Shown one piece after another: positions 27,004 through 38,543 of a stretch of DNA of 64,000 bases. Position numbers and translations under genes: made by a program. Origin of the DNA: Anthoceros angustus (taxonomy: Eukaryota > Plantae > Anthocerotophyta); assembly GCA_010909165.1 (NCBI GenBank), contig MU008164.1, positions 372,001-436,000 of the forward strand. The letters run 5' to 3'. Every line of letters starts with the position of its first letter. Within the stretch, counting starts at the first letter, position 1. The notes under the pieces are model-generated. The model saw only the letters and a list, made by a program, of their open reading frames with translations. It was not told where the DNA came from and made no database searches.

Positions 27004-27710
27004 ACGATTCTAGAATATTCCTTATTTATACACCCTTGGCCTTATAAGTAATCCTAAATTAGAAGAAGAAGAAGAAGAAATCTCTTTGAGTCCACTCCTT
27101 ATGTATACACCTCACCCTCCTAAACTAGAAGAAGAAGAAGTTTATTATAGTCCACTTGGACAGAATCCTAAACTAGAAGAGAAAGGAGTTTATTATGGTC
27201 CACTTGGACAAAATTTTCCTCTCATGAGACGCAGTACTTCACCATGTGTTCCATCGTGTAACTAAGCTAGAACTTGTCAGCACCATCAGCTTTGCATCGC
27301 ATTACAGGAAAGAAACGAAATTTGCCAATACCATTAGTTTGTGCATTGCATTCCAGGAAAGAAACGAGAGAACTGCACCTGGCACATCCAGGATATGACC
27401 TACTTGGTCCTGAAACCTACCACACAATTCATTCCGTGACATCAGATCCAGCTAGGGAGGCGGCGGAGGCTCTTCTTTGTACCATGAGATTGGATAATAC
27501 CCAAAACATAAATAACCATGTGTTTAGGATAACCCTATTCGTAACACCCCCCCTTAAACTCAACACATTATAGCGATTCCTTCACGCGGGCCGGTGTACT
27601 CGAGTAGAAGGCCACGGCTGGCATCGTCACGTCCCAACAGGCCTCAGCGTACACTGAGGCTTACGCTCCAAGGCCAGCTCCCAGACGCAATAAAAAGGCA
27701 CAGCTTAGAG

Positions 27711-28079
27711 ATGGCAGCCAACCTTGCTTCCATCGTGGCTGGAGCCCAACTTGTGCTCTTCACTTTCACGAGCCTGCTTAATCTAGCTATCATGAGGACG
27801 CGAAGTGGACGAAGCTATCACAGCCAGGAGACCACTAGGAAGCGAGAAGGAAGGAGAGGAATCACAAGACACAAAAATGACCGTGGCGCTATTCCATGAC
27901 CAAGGAAGGGGCACAGGAAAACACTGCTAGAGGCTGGGAATGGGACAATGTGCAATTGGGGTAGTATCTTGGCGCAGGCAACTATCACGTTCATCGATCG
28001 TCTTGGGAAAGGTGAGGAAAGAAGAGGCCGGTGCGGTTTCGGAGAGGAAGGAACACAGAGCCTTATCAAGCAGCTCGAG
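27711..28079 (+). CDS. Antisense accessory ORF of copia B, 5' part (3' part at 42252-42305, split by insertion of A)
   Basis: MAANLASIVAGAQLVLFTFTSLLNLAIMRTRSGRSY...QSLIKQLE | DTIKLLDKVKNVEP..EE*. Homologous to 32169-32636 and 54402-54806; contains indels. Confidence 0.7.
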
Positions 28080-28653
28080 TAAAGGAATAGATGTGTTGGA
28101 GTCATGATTATGGTTCATTCAGTTAAGTTATTTTAAAAGGTCATGGCGTTTCATTAGGGTTACGTCTGTTCATAAAGGCGTGGCTTTTGGTTTTACTTAA
28201 ACCATTACGAACTTTAATTGTGTGTGTATTCTTTACATATATAGTGTGATACAATGTAATACAATTATTAATCTGTATATTCCATTTATCCTAAAATGGT
28301 ATCAGAGCACATGAATATGCAGGTTGCATTTTGATTAATGCACATTGAAAAATGCATTTAAAGAGAATGCATTTGAATATAGTTTTTTTTGTTTTTTGAT
28401 TTAGAAAAATGTTTTCTTGATCAAGAAACCAAAAACTTAAAGAATACAATTTGTGTTGTTTATTTATATAGAAATTGATGCGCCCGCAAATTAAGGAAGT
28501 GATCCTCGCGCATCTTTCCTGAATTGTTATTTGAACAATTTCAGAAGAAATGCGCTAGGACAACTACCTAATCTGCAGGTAGATTGTCAAAAATATTTTA
28601 TATAAAAAATACAATGTCAAAAGAAAACATTTAACAACACAAAATCTGGCCTG

Positions 28654-29340
28654 ATGAATGGCCAACCGTCTGGACGGCACAGTTGGCAGCCTCGCCCTGC
28701 TGAGCAAATTCCACAACACCAGAATCGCCGCAGGGGGCAAGGAGCACAAGCTGCAAGAAACACAGTTGCTGAGCAACTTCATCAACATACAACTGAATGG
28801 ATTGCCAGAACTCAAAATCAGCCTGTGCTCGCTCTTGAAGTAAGAGAATCCTTCAATACCTTGATTGAAGCACTCTATCCTGATCAGCGCCACTTGGTAA
28901 TTGCCCTTCCACCTCGAAACCCTGATAATCTCCCAGAGGTGCGTGTTCAGAGGGCTTTTGATGGGAATGGTCATCACGGAGGCTTTCTAACAACACATGT
29001 ATCACCACCTGCCAGTGTTGCACAATTAGTGAACAGAATTGAATCACATCAGGAACATGTGGATACACGTTTTAGTAGCATTATACAAAAGGTATCTGCT
29101 ACTAGTGTAGATTTGAGAGACTTACAAGAGCAGATAGGTCATTTGGATTTCAAACTTCTTATGTTGTTGAAGCCAGCCTTGCTTGCTAACCCTGTCCTTA
29201 GGGGTGTAGCCTGTAAGAACGCCAAGAAAACAAATAAGAATCATATGTTTGGAAGTCCAAATTCATGTCCTTCTTGCTCTGTATATGCTTTCAATAAGTG
29301 GGAGATTAGAAATCAGAGAATAATCGAGAATACAATGTGA
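28654..29340 (+). CDS. Extra 5' ORF (ORF0) of copia A: coiled coil + C/H/CxxC motif
   Basis: Intact 228-aa ORF between PBS and gag. Its C-terminus HMFGSPNSCPSCSVYAFNKWEIRN matches HERKFDTPNSCPSCSTYAFNKFEMRN at the same position in element D. Confidence 0.72.
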   Translation: MNGQPSGRHSWQPRPAEQIPQHQNRRRGQGAQAARNTVAEQLHQHTTEWIARTQNQPVLALEVRESFNTLIEALYPDQRHLVIALPPRNPDNLPEVRVQRAFDGNGHHGGFLTTHVSPPASVAQLVNRIESHQEHVDTRFSSIIQKVSATSVDLRDLQEQIGHLDFKLLMLLKPALLANPVLRGVACKNAKKTNKNHMFGSPNSCPSCSVYAFNKWEIRNQRIIENTM

Positions 29341-29498
29341 GCCGTGAGTCGACTGCATTTGTAACGCCTACCGCCAATATTCTTTGACTGTGTTGCATGA
29401 GCATCATGTGTCTGAAGTCTTGAGTCTTTCTAACCCCTGCGACCATCATAGAATCTTAGTATTCTGGGAGTAGCTAACCCAAGATACAAAAGAGGAAA

Positions 29499-31801
29499 AT
29501 GGCAACAGCAGATACCTCATCCAGTCTAGGTGGGGAAGGGTTCAAAGAGAAAGACAGGTTTGGTGGGCAAGATTACGATATATGGGTAATTAGAATGAGG
29601 AGAGCCTTGCAGAATAAGAAACTCTGGAAGGTAGTTATTGGGGATGATAAGCCCCCAGTTGTCTCCACTCTACCCACAACTGCTGAAAGCAAGTTACAGG
29701 ATGCATGGGATGCAAAAGATCAAGCAACCATGTTCCTCATCCGAAGTGGTCTTACCTCAGACATGTTAAGACAGACTTCGGGATGTACAAGTTCAGCAGA
29801 AATCTGGTCCAGACTTCAAGATCAGAGTGCAAAAGAATCGACAAGTCGATGATTAAATTATGAAATTTATGCTTTGCAAAATGAAAGATGGAGAATCAAT
29901 CGAAAAGCATCTTGGACATTTCAGAACACTTGTGTCCAGGCTGGAAAGTGCTTCAAACGAGGTTATAAAGGATGAAACACTTACACTTTATTTCCTCATA
30001 TCCTTACCAGACTCTTGGTCACATTTCGTGACCTCCTTTAACGCTTCGAGACTCCAAACTGAGAAACTTGCAAAGGCTTCCAATGTTTCCCTCCCAAAAA
30101 CCACCTTTGCAGAGTTAGTGGGAGCATTACTACAAGAGGAAGCAACAAAGTATCAGAATAATTGTTCTGGTAAACAGCAAGCCCTCTATACATCCAACAT
30201 AGGACGTGGAGGAGGAAGACCCTACAACAGGGGTGGGGGCAGTACCTCAAGAGGTGGTGGCTCACAAGGACGAGGAGCCAATCAGAGAAAACCAAAAAGG
30301 ACAAGAAACTGCAACTGGTGCAAGTTACCTGGTCACTGGGAGCGTGAGTGCCGGAAAAAGCAAGCTGGTGTTCCTCGCAAGGAGGGTTCAACCAGTGCTC
30401 AGACTCACGTGGTTGTGAAGAAGCAACCAACCCCTTCTGCCCTCACAGTCGGTACAACAGTGTTTGCAACAAGTTCATTCTTGTCTCCTGCATGCCTGTC
30501 AGCAAATACAAATGTTAAGCATACCATTGATTGGTACTTAGACACAGGGGCTACAGCCCATATTTGCTTAGACAGAGGAGCATTTCAAACGTACAAAACA
30601 GTTAAGGATCAGTACGTATACCTAGGTGATGACAGATCCCTAGTTTCTCCTGGTCTTGGCACTATAGACCTGCCAGTTCCATCAGGAAATGTGTTAGTAC
30701 TGCATGACGTCTACTACGTCCCTGAGATGACACAAAATCTCATTTCAGTCAGGAAGCTGAATGCTAATAATCACTGACACATCTTATTTACTCAAACAGA
30801 ATGTCAAGTACTAGATGCTTTTAATCATACAAAAGTACTGGCCTATGGGTCATCAGATAGAGACTTGTTTCGTCTCCATATAGATAGTAGCTTACCATTC
30901 TTAAACTTGACAAAGGGTGCAACAACTGCGTCTACACAACAGATAGAAAAGTCAAAATTGTGGCACTCACGACTAGGCCACCCAAATTCAGCAAAGTTAC
31001 AAAAACTAGCTGTAAGTGATCTTTACCAGCATGGGCATATAGGGCCTCTAGTACCACTTCCTTTGTGTGAATCCTGTGTTCTTTCAAAGAGACATCAAGC
31101 AGCCTTTAAAAACAAGGCACCACACAGAGCTTCGGATGTCTTGGAACTTGTCCATACAGATTTGTGTGGACCTCTCTCACAGGAGTCCATTGGTGGTGGA
31201 AAATACTTCCTGACATTTACAGATGACAAAACGAGGTTTGTTACTACTTACATTTTGAAGTAGAAGAGTGAATGCTTTACTCACTTTAAGGATTACCTTA
31301 AGTATGTTGAAAGATGGACTGGAAAGCAACTTAAAACTTTAAGATCAGACAACGGGGGAGAGTTTACCTCAAATGAGTTTCAGGATTACTGTTTGGCTGA
31401 GGGCATTGGTCGCCAGCTTACAGTCGTCTACACTCCACAGCAAAATGGCGTAGCTAAGCGTCTTAACCTAACGTTGCAGGAGATGACATCTTCTCTTCTA
31501 CATCATGCTCAGCTCCCCCTGCCATATTGGGCAGAAGCCATTATGACATCAACTTATCTTAAAAATAGATTGCCCACAACTTCAGTTGTTGGACTTACCC
31601 CGTATGAAGCCTTCACGGGGCGCAAGCCATCCATACTTCACCTGCGCACCTTTGGCTGTATAGCATATGCTTTTGTTCCTAAAGAGAAGAGGAAAAAGTT
31701 ATCAGACAAGGCACGTAAACTTCTGATGTTAGGCTACGCAAAGGGCATCAAGGCATATAAACTCTATGATGTTCCTAAAAATAAAGTAATATATGCCAGG
31801 A
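29499..31801 (+). pseudogene. Copia A gag-protease-integrase (premature stops; continues at 39382 and 41051)
   Basis: Gag FKEKDRF, zinc knuckle CNWCKLPGHWEREC, protease WYLDTGATAH, LWHSRLGH, integrase VHTDLCGP / LRSDNGGEF / QNGVAKR (catalytic E changed to K). In-frame stops at about 29850, 30775 and 31261. Confidence 0.92.
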
Positions 31802-32168
31802 TGTAAATTATCAAGCAGAAGCGAGAGGTGCATGAACTCTTGATAGTTGGATTAATTAATGAATGCAACACAAAATCATTGTTTTATCTTGACGCCGACT
31901 TGTATATGTAACCCTAATTCACATAACCCTAGTCCGAGTGACCATGTGTCTAGGTTTAACTGACCGATAACCCTATCGTAACAACCCCCCTTAAACTGGA
32001 CACATCATTCAGTTCCTTCACGCGAAGCTGGCGTACACGAGGAAAAGGTCACGGTCGGAAGTATCACGCTCCACAGCCGACTGCATCACGCTCCATCGAG
32101 GCCTAGCGTACACAGGAGCTTATGCCCCAAGGCCAGCTCTCGGAGGATAAGAGGGACGCAACTCAGAG

Positions 32169-32636
32169 ATGGCAACCAACCTTGCCTCCGTCGTCGCTAT
32201 AATCCAGCTTGCGCTCTTCGCTCTTACGAGCCTGCTCAATCTGGTGATCATGAAGACAAGGAGCGGGAAACGCTATCGCCGTGAAGACGCTCCAAGGAGG
32301 ACCAGATGGGCAGGAAACGCCCCACAGACCGGTGCAAGCGCAGAGAGCAACGCACCATCAAGCCTGCTCACCATCAGAGAAGAGCAGCAGGAAACCGCCG
32401 CCCAAGGCTGTAAGTGGGACAGGCACTGTTGGGGACAGTATGTGCACCTCGGGTGCTACCACGTAGAGTTGAACATCAGCCTGTCTCTGGGCAAGGTGAA
32501 GAAGGGAGAGACACGCGCTACCATCTCCAAAGACGCCCAGGGGGAAGAAGGAAAACAGAGCCTCATCAAGCAGCTCAAAGACACAATAAAGCTGCTAGAC
32601 AAGGTGAAGGACGTGATACCAAGGGAGGAGGAATAG
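32169..32636 (+). CDS. Antisense accessory ORF of copia C (155 aa)
   Basis: Intact ORF convergent with pol: hydrophobic N-terminus, MKTRSGKRY motif and conserved C-terminus HLGCYHVEL...GEEGKQSLIKQLKDTIKLLDKVKDVIPREEE. Homologues in B and E. Confidence 0.75.
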   Translation: MATNLASVVAIIQLALFALTSLLNLVIMKTRSGKRYRREDAPRRTRWAGNAPQTGASAESNAPSSLLTIREEQQETAAQGCKWDRHCWGQYVHLGCYHVELNISLSLGKVKKGETRATISKDAQGEEGKQSLIKQLKDTIKLLDKVKDVIPREEE

Positions 32637-32676
32637 GTTGAACCATCAGTCAGGTGATTATCTCTTGCAATATGCT

Positions 32677-35600
32677 TCATCCACTGATCAAGCTTTGGAT
32701 CACCGACCGGCTGATGTCCGTCATAGATAAGAGCGCTGCTAGGAGGGCTTCATCATAAAAACTGGAAGTGCAGGCTTCCACCCCACACCCCGCCTGCCTA
32801 CAAACCAGATAAGGCTCATCACTGCTGGAAACGGGCAGAAAATCCTCGAGCCCAAGTCCCTCCATGTGGGCATAGTGCTTTTGCTTAGATAGGCCTTTAG
32901 TCAGGATGTCTGCGGTGTTGTCCTCAGTATTGATATAACCGACTGTAATGACCCCACGTTCAACCACATCACGTATGTAGTGATGCTGGATTTCAATATG
33001 TTTAGTACGGGCGTGAAATTTCGGGTTTGCCACTAACTCAAGCGCAGACTGGTTGTCACAGAGAAGCTGCGTAGGCTGAAGTTGATGATCAAGATCAGCA
33101 AGGAAACTCCTCTCCCATTCAGCTTCTTTAGAAGCCTCTGTCAGAGACTTATATTCAGCTTCGGTGGAGCTGAGGGCAATACTCGCTTGCTTCTTACAAC
33201 TCCAGTTCACAGCTGCTGAGGCTAAAAGGAAACAGTACGTAGAAAGACTACGGCGAGAATCTTGATCTGACGCCCAGTCGGCATCGGTGTAACCTGTCAG
33301 GGTAAGCTGTGCTTTGCCACTTTGTCTGTACACCAAGCCTGTTGTATGAGTCCCCTTAAGGTAGCGGAAGATACGTTTTACAGCTGTCCAATGTGTCCTT
33401 CCAGGATTTTCCAGAAACTGGGATACTGTGCTCACAGAATATTGGATGTCGGGTCTCGTCCAGTTAGCAACAAAAATAAGGCTGCCCACCGCGTGCCTGT
33501 AAGGTACATCGCGCATATCTTCCATCTCTTCTGCAGTCTCAGGACACTGCTCTCGGGTAAGCTTGGTCCCGACTGCATAGGGGGTTGTAGCAGGACGAGC
33601 TTGGTCTAGGTTGAACTTCTTCAGTATTTCATTTACGTACTTGTACTGATGGATAATCATGAGGCCTTCGGATCTAATGCGAAGCAACTGTATGCCAAGA
33701 CAGAACTTCAACTCTCCAATATCCTTCATGTCAAACTTGCTGCTAAGTTTATTTTTGACATCTGACAGCAGCTGTTGATCATTGGTTGCGAGAATTACGT
33801 CGTCAACATACAAGGCTAAAATCACAATAGAAGACCCCACAGTGAGTTTGTAAACGTTAGTATCTGCCGTGCTCTGGACGAAAGCTATACTGAGCAAGTA
33901 TACGTGCATCGTAAGGTACCATACTCTCCCACTTTGCTTAAGTCCATAAATGCATTTCAACAACTTCAGGACTTTATTAAGGTGTTTTGGGTCTTCATAT
34001 CCCTCTGGCTGCAGCATGTAAAGTTCTTCGTCCAGGGCACCATACAAAAACGCAGTACAAACGTCCATCTGTTGAAGGTCCAAATTATGTTCTGTGGCAT
34101 AGGCAAGCAAGATCCTTATGGATTGAGTGCGTACAACTGGAGAAAAAGTGTCTTGGTAATCCAGACCCTCGACCTGGGTGAACCCGCGGGCAACTAAGCG
34201 AGCTTTGAATCGCCACCTCTCCCTTAGCATTGAGCTTGAGTTTGAATACCCATTTACAGGATATTGCCTTGCGACCCGGAGGGAGGTCTGCCAGTACCCA
34301 TGTCTTGTTCTTGACCAGTGACTGGTACTCGTCCTCAACGGCCTCTTTCCATTGTGCTGACTCAGGACCATCAAAAGCTTGAGATAAAGAGGTAGGCTCA
34401 TCTGGAAGAGATGGGCTAATAACAAGATGAGTCCGGAAATCTGTAGATTGATATGGGGGCTCTGCCCATTCGGATGGTGGGGGACGATGGCGAGAAGACC
34501 GCCTGAGCTCATCTGCAGGGGGTGCTTCTAGTGCGTGCTCTTGTTCGACTGCTTGGCCATCATGAACCTGGGCAGGTGCCTCCACAGCAAGGGGTCGATG
34601 ATCATAGTGTACAAGAGGGGGACGCTCATCAAGGATAGCATCCTGGTCAGGTTGTAATCCCTGTACAGCATTAGGAGCCTCGACAGGCTGCCAATCATCA
34701 TCACCTCTGGCAGGAGGTGGCAACTGTGGGGGAACTGCAACATGTTCCATGTCGTCCAGTGGGTAGTCGGCAGTTTCATCGGCATCCAAAACATCCAAAT
34801 GTCCATGAATGGCTCCTGGGTCGGGGGAGGATGGATCAGTGGAGGATGGATGCAGTGTCTCCGTAAAGGTTACACTACGAAAAGTACCATGGAGTCTACC
34901 TCTGGGTTGTACAACTTGTAGGCTTTAACAAGCTCACTGTAACCAACAAAGATGAGGCCTTGAGCACGAGCATCCAACTTCTTTCTCTTCTCTGGAGGAA
35001 TATGGGCATATGCTTTGGATCCAAAAATCCTCAAATGGAGCAAGCTCGGCCTCTTGTGCCAAAAGACCTCATATGGAGTCTTCTGTGGGACCGAACTTGT
35101 AAGGACCCTATTCAGGATATAGGTGTGAACTACCGCCTCGCCAAGACTTGTGGTAAGCCCATATCAGCATGCTCCTCGTCATTCCTGTGAGGGTTTGGTT
35201 TTCCTCTCTCAAAATGCCGCTTTGTTATGGGCGCAGGCACAACAATCGTCAAGGATCCCATGCTCTTGAAGCAGCTCATCAAGAGATGAGTTGACGAACT
35301 CCGACCCATTGTCTGTCCTTAAAATCTTGAGAAGCATTGTCTTCAGACCATCAAAAGCTTGAGATAAAGAGGTAGGCTCATCTGGAAGGGATGGGCTAAT
35401 AACAAGATGAGTCCGGAAATCTGTAGATTGATATGGGGGCTCTGCCCATTCGGATGGTGGGGGACGATGGCGAGAGGACCGCCTGAGCTCATCTGCGGTG
35501 CTTGTGCGTGCTCATGTTATTTGCTTGGCCATCATGAACACAGGCGGGTGCATCCGAGGCGGTCGATGATCATAGTGTACAAGAGGGGACGCTCATCAAG

Positions 35601-38062
35601 GATAGCATCCGTGGGTTGTAATCCCTGTCACATTAGGAGCCTCGACAGTCGCTAATCATCTTCACCTGCGGAGGTAACATGTAGGCGCAACATGTTCCAT
35701 GTCATCCAGTGGGTAGTCGGCAGTTTCATCGGCATCCAAAACATCCGAATGTCCATGAATGGCTCCTGGGTCGGGGGAGGATGGATCAGTGGAGGATGGA
35801 TCAGTGGGTGCTGTTGGCTCCAGAAAGGTTACACTACGAGCAAGTACCATGGAGTCTGTCTCAGGGTTATATAACTTGTAGGCTTTAACAAGCTCACTGT
35901 AACCAACAAAGATAAGGCCTTGAGCACGAGCGTCCAACTTCTTTCTCTTCTCTGGAGGAATATGGGCATATGCTTTGGATCCAAAAATCCTCAAATGGAG
36001 CAAGGTTGGCCTCTTGTGCCAAAAGACCTCATATGGAGTCTTCTGTGGGACCGAACTTGTAAGGACCCTATTCAGGATATAGGTTGCAGTAACTACTGCC
36101 TCGGCCCAGTACCCTTGTGGTAAGCCTGCCCATATCAGCATGCTCCTCGTCATTCCCAGGAGGGTTTGGTTTTTCCTCTCTGAAATGCCGTTTTGTTGCG
36201 GCGTGTAGGGCACAGTCAACTGTCGAAGGATCCCATGCTCTTGAAGCAGCTCATCAAGAGATGAGTTGACGAACTCCGACCCATTGTCTGTCCTTAAAAT
36301 CTTGAGAAGCATGCCTGATTGTCTTTGTGCAGTTAAGAGCCATTCCTTGAAGTAACTAAAGGTGTCACTTTTCATATGCATGGGGAAGGTCCAGGTGTAA
36401 CGACTGTAATCATCAGTTAGAGTAAAGAAATATCTGGAACCACCTAAAGATGGCTCATGGATCTTCCCTGATATGTCAGCGTGCACTAACTCAAGGACTT
36501 GTGTGGCTCTATGTGCAGAGGCATTAGGAAAGGGGGATTCCTTTTGCTTGGCCAGGATGCAAGATTCGCAGACTGGTAAGTCTTTAAAACATTTAGAGTG
36601 GCTCCCTGTGACACTCCATAACTGACATGTCAATTAGCTTAGATCTGTTGACATGTCCTAATCTGGCATGCCACAATACGGCCTCTTGCTTTGCACTAAC
36701 TGAATTTCTGGCAGTGGAGTGTGCAGCATGATTGGAAACAATGGCGGAGCTGCAAGTGATGTTCAATCTGTATAAATCATGGTCTAAGATACCTTTGAAA
36801 ACACATGTATCTGGGTATGCCTTTCTATAGAAAGAACAGTGATTAGAATCAACACGCATACATAAGGTACGCAGACGCATCAACTGGCTCATGGACATGA
36901 GATTTTTGGCCATGCATGGAACAAACAAACATCATCTAATCTGAGGTCTGTACTGTCCTGCAGCCTGAAGATACAGGTACCCTTGCCTTCAACGGGCAGA
37001 CTTGTTGTACTTTGCTCATCACCAAGCAGGACCTTGTCATTGACATGACCAAGGTCAAGGGTAGTAAATAACTCCCTGTCTTTGCAGATGTGAGTCGTAG
37101 CGCCGGAGTCCAGATACCAACTACAGTCATCATGTAGGGAACTAGAAAGGCAAACGGTAAGTATCTTGACCGGTGCCTTAGTTTCTCCAGGATTTTTCTC
37201 CTCGACAAAGCAAAGATTAGTTTCCTACTGCTGCTCACCGCCTTCTTTATGGCAGCCTTGCCCAATGGCTGTGGGTGCCACACCGCTTGCAAGAACCTGG
37301 ACGTTTGGTGGAGGAGCTAGCGAACGGGCCTCTGTCCAACAGAACGGGCTGTAGCCGAGTGCTCTCGAATTTGGCCTTGCCTCTGAAAGGTCGTAAATTC
37401 ACAGCTAATACTCTCTCGGTTCTGTTCTTAGGAACAGCACCGGAAAGGGTACGAGCCTGTTCCTCCTGATAGAGTGGCCGATGTCCTCAATAAGAAGTCA
37501 GCAGATCCCGAGGCTTTACAGTCCGCTTTTGAGCAAAGGATAAATTGATATGAAGGTGGGAGACTAATGAGTAGCTGGGATACAGCTTCGACTTCTGGCA
37601 TCTTGTTACCAGTCAACGAAGTGATCTGGGCCCTAAGATGTCGGAACTTGCTGGTATGAGCAGCTTCTCTCCTTCCTTCATTTTCAAAGCATAAAACGCC
37701 ATTCTTGCGGCTGATAACGACAGCATGTTGGTGGACCGATAAGTGGTTTCTAACTGGTGCCAGATAGCCTCCGCTGTGTCCAAGAACTCAATATCAGGCA
37801 CAAGATCTGCATCTAGGCCATTGATGAGGAGGGCCATAGCGACACCATTGTGGTGCATCCACTTGGCATGATCATCAGGGTGTGTGGAAGGATCAGGCTG
37901 CTTGAAAGTGCCATCGAGGACTGGCCAAACTCCACGAGCAGACATGATGGCCTTAATCCTGACTCGCCAAATGAGGTAACCATTTCCCTTAAACCGATCT
38001 TTTTCCTTCAATTCTGAAGTGAAAGATAGTGCTAGGGTCGGATGTGAATTTGACGAAGCCAT
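32677..38062 (-). CDS. Copia C gag-pol polyprotein (frameshifts probably partly assembly errors)
   Basis: Gag LKEKDRF at 38062; LWHARLGH; IN VHADISG / LRTDNGSEF / QNGISERKN; RT FKARLVARGFTQ, QMDVCTAFLYG, LYVDDVIL; RH GYTDADWA, SSTEAEY, ADILTKGL. Confidence 0.9.
34365..36312. repeat. ~980-bp tandem duplication inside copia C (probable assembly overlap)
   Basis: 34365-35337 is repeated at ~35345-36312. The first copy degrades by indels at its right end and the second at its left end. Confidence 0.75.
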
Positions 38063-38543
38063 GTTTGGACTTCCAGGTCAGGTATAACGAAGAAGCTATA
38101 CGGAGTTATGGTTACTACGGGACAGATAAGTATCTATGCCTAGTATGCCCAATTCCATGCTTGGAACGTAAGGACTGACCATTAGATGCAGGAGGGGTGG
38201 TTGGGAAGGTTCAGCCGGAGGAGGGGATACCAAGGAGACATGTCCTTCTCGTGCTGAACTTCTCAACTTCCTTTCGCACACTAGTGAACAGTTGCACTTG
38301 TGGGCATAACCCTAAAAATAGATGTCGGTTCAAAAACTAAAACTGACAATTAGGGCTTGCAACTAACCGTCATGTCCCTATCGCGTGAATGTATCGCTCA
38401 AAGTTGACTTAACTGGCGTATGCAAGAAGTGCAAGGTGAAGGGGTGCGTGTTCCATTAGGTCGCTCGCATCCGGCCGATCCGGCGCCATGTGAGTGCCAT
38501 CGATCGCAGCGGAAGTGCTCAAGGAGCATGGGCCGTTGTATAA

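Noticed and set aside
32456-32680. Minus-strand ORF after pol (and 54629-54937) as an env-like gene
   Set aside because: It is the reverse-frame shadow of the conserved + strand ORF. Its start is not conserved and the substitutions look conservative in the + frame.
34365-36312. Tandem duplication of the integrase/linker region as a biological feature of element C
   Set aside because: The copies degrade by indels towards their shared junction, the pattern of an untrimmed long-read or contig overlap. It needs read support before any biological reading.
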